A DNA stretch of 64,000 nt. Source: an uncultured Acidimicrobiia bacterium (GTDB lineage: Bacteria > Actinomycetota > Acidimicrobiia > Spongiisociales > UBA5794). The translations under genes were made by a program, and so were the position numbers. Where the stretch lies: positions 198,628 to 262,627 of the forward strand of contig CAWBVU010000005.1 of NCBI GenBank assembly GCA_963792405.1. Reading direction: 5' to 3'. Under the pieces are notes generated by a model that was given only the letters and a program-made list of their open reading frames with translations, did not search any database and was not told the DNA's origin. This document shows positions 51,343 through 61,813 of this stretch, in pieces. Positions within the stretch are counted from its first letter, which is position 1; every line of letters starts with the position of its first letter.

Positions 51343-52408
51343 CGATCGCGTCCATCGCGTCGAGGAATCGAGCGTTCTCGTCGTCCGTCCCCACCGACAC
51401 CCTGACGCCCGCACCGAGGACCCGCACGATCACGCCTTTGCGCACCAGCGCATCACCGAGGGCGCGGGCATCGCCGGACGGTTCGAAGTACACGAAGTTC
51501 GCCTGGGACGGCGCCACGTCGAAACCCCTCGACGTGAGGCCGTCGTGGAGGATCTCCCTGCCCTTCGCGTTCTCCTCACGCCGCTGCGCGACCCGCTCGG
51601 AGTGACCGAGGGCGGCGATCGCGGCGACCTGGCCGGGCGTCGTCACGGCGAAGGGAGGCTGGGTGACGCGGAGACCGACGAGGAGGTCGGGATGTCCGAT
51701 CGCGTAGCCCACCCGCAGACCGGCCAGGCCATAGATCTTGGAGAAGGTCCTCGTGACGAGCACATTGGGCCGCTCCGCGGCGACGGGGATCATGGATCGG
51801 TACGTCGGGTCCGTCACATACTCGGCATAGGCCTCGTCCACGACGACCACCACCCTCTCGGGAACCTCGTCGATGAACGCCATGACGTCATCACCGCTGA
51901 GCATCCCCCCGGTCGGGTTGTTCGGGTTGCACACGTAGACAACCGTCGTCGTGTCGTCGATCGATCTCGCCATGGCGTCGAGGTCGTGGTCGAGGGTCGC
52001 GGAGAGCGGGACCTTCCGTGGCTCCGATCCGGCGACGAGCGTCGAGATCTCGTACATCACGAACGAGGGGGAGGCGAAGACCGCGCTGGTGCCGGGGCCG
52101 CCCACCGCCAGGGCGGTGCAGCGGAGGTTCTCGGATGAGCCAGCGGCGATCCACACGGTCTCGGCGGCGAGACCGTGATGCCGTGCAATCGCCCTCGTGA
52201 GGTGGTAGCCGGCGTTGTCGGGATATCGGTTGACCGTGCGGGCCGAAGCGGCGATGGCCTCGACGACCTCGGGGAACGGCTCGACCGGGCACTCGTTCGA
52301 CGCGAGTTTGTCGATCGAGTCGATGCCGAGCTCGCGGGCCACCTCCTCGACGGGTCGTCCGGGGACGTATCGTGGAATCGCCTCGAGGTCCGGTCGGAAC
52401 GTCGGCAC
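51335..52408 (-). CDS. hisC: Histidinol-phosphate/aromatic aminotransferase (class II)
   Basis: NPNNPTG motif, PLP-lysine region SKIYGLAGLRVGY. Confidence 0.7.
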   Translation of the reverse strand: MPTFRPDLEAIPRYVPGRPVEEVARELGIDSIDKLASNECPVEPFPEVVEAIAASARTVNRYPDNAGYHLTRAIARHHGLAAETVWIAAGSSENLRCTALAVGGPGTSAVFASPSFVMYEISTLVAGSEPRKVPLSATLDHDLDAMARSIDDTTTVVYVCNPNNPTGGMLSGDDVMAFIDEVPERVVVVVDEAYAEYVTDPTYRSMIPVAAERPNVLVTRTFSKIYGLAGLRVGYAIGHPDLLVGLRVTQPPFAVTTPGQVAAIAALGHSERVAQRREENAKGREILHDGLTSRGFDVAPSQANFVYFEPSGDARALGDALVRKGVIVRVLGAGVRVSVGTDDENARFLDAMDAIGA

Positions 52409-52493
52409 GTCGTCTGATCCTTCGGTCGCGTCGAGCGCAAGGGTACTCGCACACCGTGGGACAGACGATGGAGAACACCGATACGCTCGACGG

Positions 52494-52850
52494 ATGAACC
52501 CATTCCGGTCGAGGACGCTGCGCACGATCATCCTCACCATCGGCGGCTATCTGCTGGCATGGGCCCTGGCCGTGCTCCTCGCTCCGAGGTGGCCGGGGTT
52601 CTGCGAAGGAACCATCGTGGCCGCCGACTGCGAGGCCGTTGCCGTCCAGTCGATGACGGGATACCTGGTGATCGCCCTCGGCATCATCACCATGGTCATC
52701 GTGCCGATCGTCGGCTCGCTCATCGAGCTCGCCATCCACGGGGCGAATTGGGAGACGCCGCGAGGCACCGAGACCGCGACGACGAACGTCCCGCTGCTCG
52801 TGGGGCTGATCTACCTGCTCTCGGGCGTGGCCATCGCCGCAACGGCCTGA
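52494..52850 (+). CDS. Small membrane protein, hypothetical
   Basis: 118 aa with 3 TM helices. Confidence 0.4.
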   Translation: MNPFRSRTLRTIILTIGGYLLAWALAVLLAPRWPGFCEGTIVAADCEAVAVQSMTGYLVIALGIITMVIVPIVGSLIELAIHGANWETPRGTETATTNVPLLVGLIYLLSGVAIAATA

Positions 52851-53486
52851 TCAGGCGACGATGTCCTCGCCGTCGGGCTGTCGGAGGACGAAGGCGACGA
52901 CCAGCGTCGGATCGTTCGGCCACGAGCCGAGCACCGACTGCGCGGTGGCGTTGCAGTAGGAGCGGAAGCCCGACCAGGTCATCAGGGGCTGGTCCGGCAC
53001 CTCGAGGTCGAGGCCATCGATCGAGCTGACCTCACCGTCCGCCAGGGAGAGGCCGTCCATCTCCACGACGGCGAGGTCGAGCTCCTCGCACCGTGCGATG
53101 AACGACATCGCCACATCCTTCGAGAAGAAGCCCTCGCCATCCACATCACGGTGGACGGCCCTGGTGTCGAACTCCGCGAGGAGTTCGACGGTCGCGGGAT
53201 GCTCGTCTCCCCACGTCTCGGGATCACCGGCGGCGGCTGCCGAGCGCAGCTCGTCCATCTCACGATCGAAGGCATCGGGATCGACGATCCTGATCGCGGT
53301 GTCGAGGATCAACTGGAGCTCTCGAACGTCCAGGTCGTGGACGTCGTCACCGTCCGGGTACACCTGGAGGATCGGCGCCTCGCCGTCCCAGAACACCATC
53401 CCGATGAAGGCGTCGTCCCTCCACAGTTCGACGATCGGACCGTCGAAGTCCTCGCGCTCGGTCTCGTTGAGTCGTATCGGAAGCAT
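52851..53486 (-). CDS. Acidic hypothetical protein
   Basis: 211-aa ORF with no recognisable motif. Confidence 0.4.
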   Translation of the reverse strand: MLPIRLNETEREDFDGPIVELWRDDAFIGMVFWDGEAPILQVYPDGDDVHDLDVRELQLILDTAIRIVDPDAFDREMDELRSAAAAGDPETWGDEHPATVELLAEFDTRAVHRDVDGEGFFSKDVAMSFIARCEELDLAVVEMDGLSLADGEVSSIDGLDLEVPDQPLMTWSGFRSYCNATAQSVLGSWPNDPTLVVAFVLRQPDGEDIVA

Positions 53487-53608
53487 GGCGCAACGCTAGT
53501 CGGCCGCGGTGGCCCCGGTCGGCATGCGGCGCGTGTCCACGCGATTGACACCTCCGGGCGCGCACGAGACGATGGCGTCGAGACCGCTGTGGGTCCGAGA
53601 GGAGGCGT

Positions 53609-53795
53609 GATGGCCTACAAGGTTCACCGCTTCGACATCGACATGGCCAAGGACCAGCAGGCCTTCGAGGACTTCCTCAACGGCCTCGGAGGCGAGGTCG
53701 TCGCGATCGTCCCCAACATCAGGAATACGAGCCTGGCGCAGATCTACGGCGTCACCCGCAAGGTCGACTTCCTGTTCGTCATCGAGAGGCTCTAG
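53609..53795 (+). CDS. Small conserved protein (DUF4177-like), 61 aa
   Basis: RBS GAGAGGAGG 5 nt upstream; MAYKVHRFDIDM N-terminus. Confidence 0.4.
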
Positions 53796-54076
53796 CCGGT
53801 CACCTGAACGCCCCGCCAGAAGGCGATGAAGTTCTTGATGTCCGATGCCGCTGGCTTCGGTTCCGGGTAGTACCAGGCCGCGCCGGTGTTGACCTCACCA
53901 TCGACAACCACGTCGTAGTAGCTCGCCGTGCCCTTCCAGGGGCACACCGTGTGGGCATCCGAGCGGCGCAGCCGTGCGGGATCGACGGACTCCGGCGGGA
54001 AGTAGTGGTTGCCCTCAACGACGATCGTGTCGTCGCTCTGCGCAATGACTGCGCCGTTCCATGTCGCTCGTGCCAT
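53792..54076 (-). CDS. DUF427 domain protein
   Basis: WNGAVIAQSDDTIVVEGNHYFP and KGTASYYD motifs. Confidence 0.55.
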   Translation of the reverse strand: MARATWNGAVIAQSDDTIVVEGNHYFPPESVDPARLRRSDAHTVCPWKGTASYYDVVVDGEVNTGAAWYYPEPKPAASDIKNFIAFWRGVQVTG

Positions 54077-54168
54077 CGTCGGGACTCCTCGGTGGTCGGT
54101 CACCTCACCAACGGTTCGGACCCGTCGACCATTCCGGATGCCCCATCCCATTCCTGAGTGAAGGGACG

Positions 54169-54606
54169 TCAGCCGTCCTCGCGGATCTCGGCTTGGACGC
54201 TCACCGAACCCGCGTCCCGGAACGTGAGGTCGACGTCGACCATCTCACCTGCCACGAGGGGCTCGACCACCTGCATGCACATGACGTGGAGGCCGCCGGG
54301 CTCGAGGGACACGACGGCGTCCGCCGGAACGGGAACCCCGCCGGGGACCTCGCTCATCGACATCACGCCCTCGACCATCGTCGTCTCGTGGATCTGGACC
54401 ATGGTGCACACCGGAGAGGCGGCTGATTCGAGCACGTCGTCCGCCGAGCCTCCGGTGATCTGCATGTAGAAGGCTGCATTGGCGTCGTCCACAGGCGACG
54501 GGCGCCCCCAGACATCGGCCACCGACACCGGATCACCTGCCCCTCCACATGCCGTGGCGACCAACGCCGTGGCCGCAACCAGGAGCGCGATTCGTGGTGC
54601 CCTCAT
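54169..54606 (-). CDS. Copper chaperone PCu(A)C family lipoprotein
   Basis: Lipobox ATAC; HETTM...M...M and MCMQ Cu-binding motifs. Confidence 0.6.
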   Translation of the reverse strand: MRAPRIALLVAATALVATACGGAGDPVSVADVWGRPSPVDDANAAFYMQITGGSADDVLESAASPVCTMVQIHETTMVEGVMSMSEVPGGVPVPADAVVSLEPGGLHVMCMQVVEPLVAGEMVDVDLTFRDAGSVSVQAEIREDG

Positions 54607-54732
54607 GACCCATCACCTTCCTGTTCGACGGGACGCCTCGGGCGTCCCCCACCACGGCGCAGGATAGGGATGCCGACCTGGTGCCCAGCCATGCACGACG
54701 CCGCGCTCCGTCCCACCGGACCCCGGCGACCG

Positions 54733-55251
54733 CTAGAGCAGGAAGGGGATGAGCCGCCAGGGGACCGCAGCTCGATACTGGCGATACCCGGGGACGTCGC
54801 GTACGAGCATCTGCTCCTCGTGCCCGGTCTTGGCCATGAAGAAGACGGTGAAGGCGACCGACGACAGGATCGTGACGGGATTCGCATAGGCGAGGCCGAC
54901 GCCGAGCGTGAAGAGGATGATGCCGAAGTACATGGGGTGGCGCACGTAGCGGTACGGGCCGCCCTCGATCAGCTGTTGCCCCTCGATCGGCCTGGGGAAG
55001 GGGGTCAGACGTGAGCCGTGGTACGTGAACGACCACACCGACACGGCGACACCCCCGAGGGCGACGACGACCCCGATGATCCGCGCGACGTCGATGCCCG
55101 GGACATCGGGGACCGGGCCGCTTCCGAGCACACTGACGATGAACAGCACGAACAACAGCGCCTGGCCGGCGACCCACCATCCGCCGCGTGCGTTCGACGG
55201 TGGAGGATCCCCCTCAGGATATGAGTCGTTTTCACTCAGATTTTCTGGCAT
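54733..55251 (-). CDS. Isoprenylcysteine carboxyl methyltransferase (ICMT/PEMT) family membrane protein
   Basis: RYVRHPMYFG motif; the start is uncertain because the N-terminus overlaps the clpB HAIR. Confidence 0.55.
   Translation of the reverse strand: MPENLSENDSYPEGDPPPSNARGGWWVAGQALLFVLFIVSVLGSGPVPDVPGIDVARIIGVVVALGGVAVSVWSFTYHGSRLTPFPRPIEGQQLIEGGPYRYVRHPMYFGIILFTLGVGLAYANPVTILSSVAFTVFFMAKTGHEEQMLVRDVPGYRQYRAAVPWRLIPFLL
55222..55239 (+). promoter_or_regulatory. HAIR (HspR-associated inverted repeat) upstream of clpB
   Basis: TGAGT-cgttttc-ACTCAG matches CTTGAGT-N7-ACTCAAG; lies 76 nt upstream of the clpB ATG. Confidence 0.5.
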
Positions 55252-55314
55252 AAATGTCGCGCCCCGACGGTTGACGTAGGCGTAGTATCGCACCCGATCC
55301 GCTGAAACGAGCCA

Positions 55315-57882
55315 ATGGACATCAACACCTTCACCCAGCGCAGCCAGCAGGCCATCCTCCATGCCCGGGACGCGGCGACGGCGCGCAGCCACCAGTACGT
55401 GCAACCCGAGCATCTCCTCGACGGCCTGATGGCCCAGACGGATGGGCTCGTGTACCCGATCCTCGCTGCCGTCGGTGCCCATGCCACGGACATCCGCAAC
55501 CCGCTCGACACCGAGCTCGCCTCCTATCCCGCGGTCGTCGGGGGCTCCGAGACGGCCTTTTCACGCGACACCCTCGACGTCCTCGATGCAGCGGGGAGGG
55601 AGCGGGAAGTGCTCAAGGATGCGTACACCTCCGTCGAGCACCTTCTCATCGCCCTGGCGGAGTCGGGTTCGGCCGCGGGCAGGATCCTGCGCGGCGCCGG
55701 CCTCACAAAGGACGCCATCCTGGCAGCACTGACGTCGGTGCGGGGGCACCAGTCGGTCACCAGCCAGAACCCCGAGGACACGTTCGCCCCTCTCGACAAG
55801 TACGGCAGGGACCTCACGGAGGAGGCGAGGAAGGGCAAGCTCGATCCCGTCATCGGACGCGATGACGAGATCCGACGGGTCATCCAGGTGCTGTCGCGCC
55901 GCACGAAGAACAACCCCGTCCTCATCGGTGAGCCGGGAACCGGCAAGACGGCGATCGCCGAGGGCCTCGCCCAGCGCATCGTGGATGGCGACGTGCCGGA
56001 GAGCCTCAAGAACCGCCGCCTCATCGCGCTCGACATCGGCTCGATGGTGGCCGGCGCGAAGTACCGGGGCGAGTTCGAGGAGAGGCTCCAGGCCGTGCTC
56101 GCCGAGATCAAGGCGTCCGAGGGACGGATCATCACGTTCATCGACGAGATGCACACGATCGTCGGTGCGGGGGCCGCCGAGGGCTCGATGGACGCATCCA
56201 ACATGCTCAAGCCGATGCTCGCCCGAGGCGAGCTCCGCATGGTCGGTGCCACCACGCTCGACGAGTACCGCAAGTACGTCGAGAAGGACCCGGCGCTCGA
56301 GCGTCGATTCCAGCCCGTGCTCGTCGATGCGCCAAGCGTCGAGGAGGCGATCGGCATCCTCCGTGGCCTGAAGGAGCGCTACGAGGTGCACCACGGCGTG
56401 CGCATCACCGACGCCGCCCTCATCGGCGCTGCGGTCCTCTCCGACCGCTACGTCACCGGCCGCCACCTCCCGGACAAGGCGATCGACCTCATCGACGAGG
56501 CAGCGTCGAAGCTCAGGATCGAGATCGACTCGATGCCTGACGAGATCGACGATCTCGAGCGCAGGCGTCGCCAGCTGGAGATCGAACGCCAGGCACTCGC
56601 CAAGGAGGCAGACCCCGCATCGGCCGAGCGCAGGGCGGCCATCGAGGAGGAGCTCGCCAACGTGGGCGAGGAACTCGACGCCCTGATGGCGCACTGGCGG
56701 CTCGAGAAGGAGGCCATCGACGGGATCCGGACGGTCAAGGAACAGATCGAGGAGACAAGGGCCGAGGCCGAGAAGGCCGAGCGCTCGGGTGACCTCGAGC
56801 GGGCCGCCGAGCTTCGGTATGCGACCCTGCCCTCCCTCTCACAGCAGCTGACCTCGAGGCAGGAGACGCTCGATCGACTCCAGGCAGACCTCACGATGCT
56901 CAAGGAGGAGGTCGACGAGGAGGACGTGGCGGAGGTCGTCAGCCGCTGGACCGGTGTGCCCGTCTCCAAACTGATGGAGGGCGAGATGCACAAGCTCGTC
57001 CACCTCGAGGAGCAGCTCCACCGGCGTGTGGTCGGCCAGGACGAGGCGGTCTCGTCGATCTCGAACGCGGTTCGTCGATCGCGGGCAGGGCTCGCCGACC
57101 CGCATCGCCCGATCGGTTCCTTCCTCTTCCTCGGTCCCACGGGCGTCGGCAAGACGGAGCTCGCCCGCGCGCTCGCAGAGTTCCTCTTCGACGACGAGCG
57201 GGCGATGGTGCGCATCGACATGTCCGAGTACATGGAGAAGCACGCCGTCAGCCGGCTGATCGGTGCGCCCCCCGGCTACGTGGGCTACGACGAGGGCGGT
57301 CAGCTGACCGAGGCCATCCGGAGGCGGCCGTACTCGGTGATCCTGCTCGACGAGGTCGAGAAGGCCCACCCCGACGTGTTCAATGCCCTGCTCCAGGTGC
57401 TCGACGACGGCCGGATGACCGACGGCCACGGCCGGACGGTCGACTTCACGAACACCGTGCTGGTGATGACGTCGAACCTCGGCTCCGAGTTCATCGACCC
57501 GAACCTCCCGGAGGACGTGGTCGAGGAGCGGGTGATGGGGAGCGTGCGGGGGCACTTCCGCCCGGAGTTCCTGAACCGCGTCGACGACGTCATCGTCTTC
57601 CACCGGCTCACGAAGGACGACCTCCGCACGATCGTCGAGATCCAGTTCGCGGACCTGCGCCGCCGCTTGGCGGATCGCAAGATCGCGGTGGAACTCACCG
57701 ACGATGCCATCGACTGGTTGACCGAGCACGGCTACGACCCCGCCTACGGAGCGCGGCCCCTCAAGCGGCTCCTTCAGACGGCGGTCGCCGATCCCCTGGC
57801 CATGAGAGTGCTCGACGGCGAGCTCCACGAGGGGTCGACCGTGAAGATCGGTGCCGACGACTCCGGTCTCACCTTCGCCTGA
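55315..57882 (+). CDS. clpB: Chaperone ClpB
   Basis: Two AAA+ modules (GEPGTGKT and GPTGVGKT) with a middle coiled-coil domain. Confidence 0.95.
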   Translation: MDINTFTQRSQQAILHARDAATARSHQYVQPEHLLDGLMAQTDGLVYPILAAVGAHATDIRNPLDTELASYPAVVGGSETAFSRDTLDVLDAAGREREVLKDAYTSVEHLLIALAESGSAAGRILRGAGLTKDAILAALTSVRGHQSVTSQNPEDTFAPLDKYGRDLTEEARKGKLDPVIGRDDEIRRVIQVLSRRTKNNPVLIGEPGTGKTAIAEGLAQRIVDGDVPESLKNRRLIALDIGSMVAGAKYRGEFEERLQAVLAEIKASEGRIITFIDEMHTIVGAGAAEGSMDASNMLKPMLARGELRMVGATTLDEYRKYVEKDPALERRFQPVLVDAPSVEEAIGILRGLKERYEVHHGVRITDAALIGAAVLSDRYVTGRHLPDKAIDLIDEAASKLRIEIDSMPDEIDDLERRRRQLEIERQALAKEADPASAERRAAIEEELANVGEELDALMAHWRLEKEAIDGIRTVKEQIEETRAEAEKAERSGDLERAAELRYATLPSLSQQLTSRQETLDRLQADLTMLKEEVDEEDVAEVVSRWTGVPVSKLMEGEMHKLVHLEEQLHRRVVGQDEAVSSISNAVRRSRAGLADPHRPIGSFLFLGPTGVGKTELARALAEFLFDDERAMVRIDMSEYMEKHAVSRLIGAPPGYVGYDEGGQLTEAIRRRPYSVILLDEVEKAHPDVFNALLQVLDDGRMTDGHGRTVDFTNTVLVMTSNLGSEFIDPNLPEDVVEERVMGSVRGHFRPEFLNRVDDVIVFHRLTKDDLRTIVEIQFADLRRRLADRKIAVELTDDAIDWLTEHGYDPAYGARPLKRLLQTAVADPLAMRVLDGELHEGSTVKIGADDSGLTFA

Positions 57883-57900
57883 TCTGCCGGTTCATGCGCC

Positions 57901-57929
57901 GATGGCTCCCGCACCGTGCGGGAGCCATC
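57901..57929 (+). terminator. Perfect 14-bp-arm inverted repeat after clpB
   Basis: GATGGCTCCCGCAC-cg-GTGCGGGAGCCATC, 19 nt after the stop. Confidence 0.55.
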
Positions 57930-58044
57930 CATGCAAACACACCTGGCTGTCGGGCTGCAGACGACCAGCTTCGACCCACCGGGCGGCGCCGACCGCTCTC
58001 GAGCCTGCACCCACGTGCAAACCACACGAACGTTCGTTAGTTTT

Positions 58045-58776
58045 ATGGGGATGACCGTCGCGATCATCATCCCCGCTTTCAACGAAGCCGGGAAGATCGG
58101 CGCGGTGCTCGGCGCCATGCCTGAACGAGTACTCGATCATGACCTCGTCGTGTGCGTCGTCGACGACGGATCGAACGACGGCACGGGCGAGGACGCCCGA
58201 GCAGCCGGGGCGCATGTGATTCGGCAGCCAGTGAACATCGGAAAGGGGTGTGCCCTCCGGCGCGGCATGTCGGAGGTCTTGCCCCTCGAGCCCGAGGCAG
58301 TCGTATGGATGGACTCGGATGGCCAACACCGGCCTGAAGACATCCCAAAGCTCGTAGGTCCTGTTGTCGATGGATCCGCCGACATGGTCGTCGGCAGCCG
58401 CTACCTGATCCCGGTCTCGAACAGGGCTCCCCTGAATCGTCGGCTCGTCAGGATGGCGGCGATCGCTGCGATCAGGAGGATCACCGGCCTCGAGACGACT
58501 GACCCGTTCTCGGGCTTCCGTTGCTTCTCACCACGTACGATCGATGCCATGCATCTCGTCGGGGACTGCTACGAGTCGGAGCTGGAGGCCACGTTGAGTC
58601 TGTCGAAGGCCGGGTTCACCGTCGTCGAGGTCCCCATTCCCCGGGTGTACGGCCCTGGCACGTCGAAGATGGGCTTCCGCCACGGAAGGTTGCGCGGTCG
58701 TCTCGAAGTGATCCGCGGCTACACACGAACGATCGTCGCCGCTGCGTCCGAGGAGAGGGAGTTGGTCCATGGTTGA
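58045..58776 (+). CDS. Family 2 glycosyltransferase (polyprenol-phosphate sugar transferase-like)
   Basis: IIIPAFNE and VVDDGSNDGT motifs and a D-x-D-like VWMDSDGQH. Confidence 0.75.
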   Translation: MGMTVAIIIPAFNEAGKIGAVLGAMPERVLDHDLVVCVVDDGSNDGTGEDARAAGAHVIRQPVNIGKGCALRRGMSEVLPLEPEAVVWMDSDGQHRPEDIPKLVGPVVDGSADMVVGSRYLIPVSNRAPLNRRLVRMAAIAAIRRITGLETTDPFSGFRCFSPRTIDAMHLVGDCYESELEATLSLSKAGFTVVEVPIPRVYGPGTSKMGFRHGRLRGRLEVIRGYTRTIVAAASEERELVHG

Positions 58777-59539
58777 CGATCGCGCAGCGGACCTGCTCGA
58801 CGAGATCTCGGCTCGACTCGATGCCGACGACTTCGTTGGGCAGGGCTCCCACTACCTGACCGAGATCGCCGCACTGGCCTCCGAGTCCCTCGATCGGGCC
58901 GACTTCTACCCACCACCGGATCCGTTCAAGGGCGATGCAGCGGAGGCAGAACCTGATCCCGATCTCTATTACACGATGTTCTGGCGGATGTTCGACAAGA
59001 CGCCCGCGTCGATGATCCAGGGCTTCGCCATCCCACTTCGGCGCCTGCTCGCCCAGCGGATCTTCAAGCATTGCGGCGACGGCGTGATCTTCCACCACAA
59101 CGTGCTGTTCAGCAGCGGAAGGAACATCAGCCTCGGTAGCGGCGTCCTCGTGAACCGGGGCTCGATGCTCGATGACCGCGGCCCCATCGAGGTCGGGCCC
59201 TACACGATGATCGCCGCGGGCGTCACCATCGAGACCCACACGCACCCGTTCGACGATTTCGAACGCCCCATCGCCTACGCGGGGAGGGGCTTCCTCCCCG
59301 TAACGATCGGAGCCAACAGTGTGATCGGGTACAACGCGGTCCTGACCGCGGGGTCGTCGGTGGGCTACCGGGCGATCGTCGGTGCCAATTCCGTCGTCAC
59401 CTCGCACATCCCCGACTACACAGTGGCCGGCGGGGTGCCCGCCAAACCGATCAAGAAGATCCTCCCCACCGACGGCGACCCGGTCCGTGAAGCGTTGGAA
59501 GCCGATCCCGAATGGCGGCACCCCAACCTTCCCGGATAG
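58769..59539 (+). CDS. Hexapeptide-repeat (LbH) acetyltransferase
   Basis: Repeated [LIV]GxxxxI hexads (IGANSVIGYNAVL...VGANSVV). Confidence 0.7.
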   Translation: MVDDRAADLLDEISARLDADDFVGQGSHYLTEIAALASESLDRADFYPPPDPFKGDAAEAEPDPDLYYTMFWRMFDKTPASMIQGFAIPLRRLLAQRIFKHCGDGVIFHHNVLFSSGRNISLGSGVLVNRGSMLDDRGPIEVGPYTMIAAGVTIETHTHPFDDFERPIAYAGRGFLPVTIGANSVIGYNAVLTAGSSVGYRAIVGANSVVTSHIPDYTVAGGVPAKPIKKILPTDGDPVREALEADPEWRHPNLPG

Positions 59540-59639
59540 CGGACCAGATTGCGCAGGCCCGGTTCAGTACGAGGAGCGCCCGGACACCGCCGGGACCCTC
59601 GCCGGCTCACCCGACGGTTGGAGCCGACCCGCCGAGGCG

Positions 59640-59883
59640 AGATCGCAGACCTGACGGTCGCCGGCTGCCGACGACTCAGGCCAGGTTCTCCCGACGGGTT
59701 GACATGTACGTTCGCGAGCCAGTCCCTGCGGCCGGATGTTCATGTGATGATGAACCGGTCGTCCACGTGGAACCACCAGATCTCCACGGTCTTCGGCTCC
59801 CCCCGATCGCCGGCCGATTGTCGTCAGGTCGACGGTCCGGATTCGGGCAAGGCGCTCGATGTCGTGTCGTGAATCCGGCATGG
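59640..59883 (-). pseudogene. Frameshifted tandem duplicate of the adjacent F420-type nitroreductase gene
   Basis: MPDSRHDIERLARIRTVDLTTIGRRSG parallels the intact copy, then frame is lost. The DNA shares the blocks ACATTCGCGAGCCAGTC and GTGGAACCACCAGATCTC with 60120-60300. Confidence 0.5.
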
Positions 59884-59945
59884 ATCCACCGTGCGCAGCG
59901 TACCGGGAGTCGGACCAGCCGGCTCCCGGTCTCGCGTCATCGCAG

Positions 59946-60305
59946 TCAGTCCAAGCGGATCTCGACCATGGGGGCGGCGACGACGAGGTGATCGAGTTCC
60001 GCCTGGGTGGCGTACCAGCCGACCTCCGGATGGGTGAAGACACGTCGCCGGAACGCGTGGTCCTCGATCTCGACGGCGGTGGCGGGGAAGTCACCCAGGT
60101 GGGTCGAGATCGTGACCTCAGGGTTGGCCCTGACATTCGCGAGCCAGTCGCGTTCCCCAGGCGTGCCGGTGATCACGAACCTGCCGTCGACGTGGAACCA
60201 CCAGATCTCGATCGTGCGGGGCTCGCCCGACTTCCTCCCGATGGTCGTGAAGTCGATGGTTCGAACCCGTGTGAGAGCGTCGCGGTGGGATGGCTCGATC
60301 GGCAT
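59946..60305 (-). CDS. Deazaflavin (F420)-dependent nitroreductase family protein (DUF385)
   Basis: RTIDFTTIGRKSGEPRTIEIWWF motif. Confidence 0.7.
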   Translation of the reverse strand: MPIEPSHRDALTRVRTIDFTTIGRKSGEPRTIEIWWFHVDGRFVITGTPGERDWLANVRANPEVTISTHLGDFPATAVEIEDHAFRRRVFTHPEVGWYATQAELDHLVVAAPMVEIRLD

Positions 60306-60424
60306 GGGAGGAGGCTACCGGCGGACACTGCCTCGATCCACCGCACCGGATGCGCGGACCCTCGCCCCGATGCCAGCCGAGGATGCACAGGTCGACGGAC
60401 GAAGTGCCCGTATCCTCTCGCTCG

Positions 60425-61342
60425 ATGTCGAAGCCCCACCTGTCCGCCCTCCTCCTGGCGATGTCCCTGATCACCGCGGCGTGCTCGTCGAGCAACGCAT
60501 CACAGATCGTGACGTCGACGACCGAGACCCTCCCGGTCACGACCCTGCCCCCCGCCGGTGGGCAGGCACCGACGACCACCGGAGCATCGGTGACGTCGAC
60601 GACCTCCACGACCGTCCCGCCACCGACGAACGAGTGTGTGGTGGCACCCGATACCTCGGTGGAGGGATATGCCGCGTCCTGCACGGTGCTCGGGATCACG
60701 GTGCGGGCGGGCGAGGACGTCGACGAGGGAGCCCTCGCCGCACAGGCCGAGCGAGTGTTCGAGATGCTCGTGACGAGACCCGACCTCATCGCCTCGCTCG
60801 TCGAGAGCGGGATCGAGGGCAGGGTGATCCCCGCCGGAACCCGCATCACCTCCCTCCCCGAGTTCTCGGACCTGTACGACCTGTACCCGGGGACGGACTG
60901 GAATCGCCGAGGGCGCTCGTTTCCCGGCAGCGACGAGGTGCCCTTCTTCGCTGGAGCCGAGGAGAACCTCCTCTGCCTCGAGGACGACTTCTACGAGGGC
61001 GAGGACGACTTCGTGAGGACCTTTGCCCTCACGATTCGCCGGTTCGCGCTGGCGCCCGCCGATCCTGCGACCGACCTCGCGATCGACCAGGCATATGGCC
61101 AGGCGATCGCAGCCGAACGGTGGGTCAACACCCTGGCCGAGATCAACTCCGACGAGTACTGGATGGAGGGAGCACAGAGCTGGTTCGACGCGAACCTCGA
61201 GGACACGGCGGAGGAGCGGGAGCCGAACTCGAGTCACAACGAGGTCGACACCAGGGCCGAACTCCTGGACTACGACCCCACGCTCGCCGCGATCGCTGCG
61301 TCCGTGTACGGCGATGGAACCTGGCGACCAGCCTGTCCCTGA
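60425..61342 (+). CDS. Secreted lipoprotein with a Thr-rich linker, hypothetical
   Basis: Lipobox ITAAC followed by a Thr/Ser-rich segment. Confidence 0.5.
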   Translation: MSKPHLSALLLAMSLITAACSSSNASQIVTSTTETLPVTTLPPAGGQAPTTTGASVTSTTSTTVPPPTNECVVAPDTSVEGYAASCTVLGITVRAGEDVDEGALAAQAERVFEMLVTRPDLIASLVESGIEGRVIPAGTRITSLPEFSDLYDLYPGTDWNRRGRSFPGSDEVPFFAGAEENLLCLEDDFYEGEDDFVRTFALTIRRFALAPADPATDLAIDQAYGQAIAAERWVNTLAEINSDEYWMEGAQSWFDANLEDTAEEREPNSSHNEVDTRAELLDYDPTLAAIAASVYGDGTWRPACP

Positions 61343-61396
61343 TCCAGCCCCGACCCCGGTTCGAATCCCGTCACACGCCGCGCACGCAGCACACCA

Positions 61397-61425
61397 TTGA
61401 CTTTGTAGTCATTCCTTGATATCTA
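61397..61425 (+). promoter_or_regulatory. Sigma-70-like promoter in an AT-rich island upstream of padR
   Basis: TTGACT, 17-nt spacer, TATCTA; local GC is much lower than the surroundings. Confidence 0.35.
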
Positions 61426-61459
61426 TATAACCACGATATGAGATGACGACAGATAACTG

Positions 61460-61813
61460 GTGACACAAGATATGCCGCGGATGGACCATCGCAGTCAACT
61501 CCTCAAAGGCGTGTTGGACATGTGTCTGCTCGCGATAATCAGTGAGGAGCCGAGTTACGGATACGAGATGGCGGACAAGCTCAGCACGAGGGGCCTCCAC
61601 CTCACCAGCGAGGGATCGATCTACCCCACCCTGTCGAGGATGCAGCGCTCGTCGCTGATCGAGGGCTTCTTCGTCGAGGCCGATGGGTCGGGCCCTCCGC
61701 GCAAGTACTACCGGATCTCGGCGGAGGGCGAGCGCCGGCTCGCGGAGTGGAGAGACGAATGGTCCAGCCTGCGAGACGGGGTGGATGAAGTGTTGAAGGG
61801 AGCGACCACGTGA
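61460..61813 (+). CDS. padR: PadR family transcriptional regulator
   Basis: LDMCLLAIISEEPSYGYEMADKL...GSIYPTLSRM winged-HTH motif. Confidence 0.8.
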   Translation: MTQDMPRMDHRSQLLKGVLDMCLLAIISEEPSYGYEMADKLSTRGLHLTSEGSIYPTLSRMQRSSLIEGFFVEADGSGPPRKYYRISAEGERRLAEWRDEWSSLRDGVDEVLKGATT

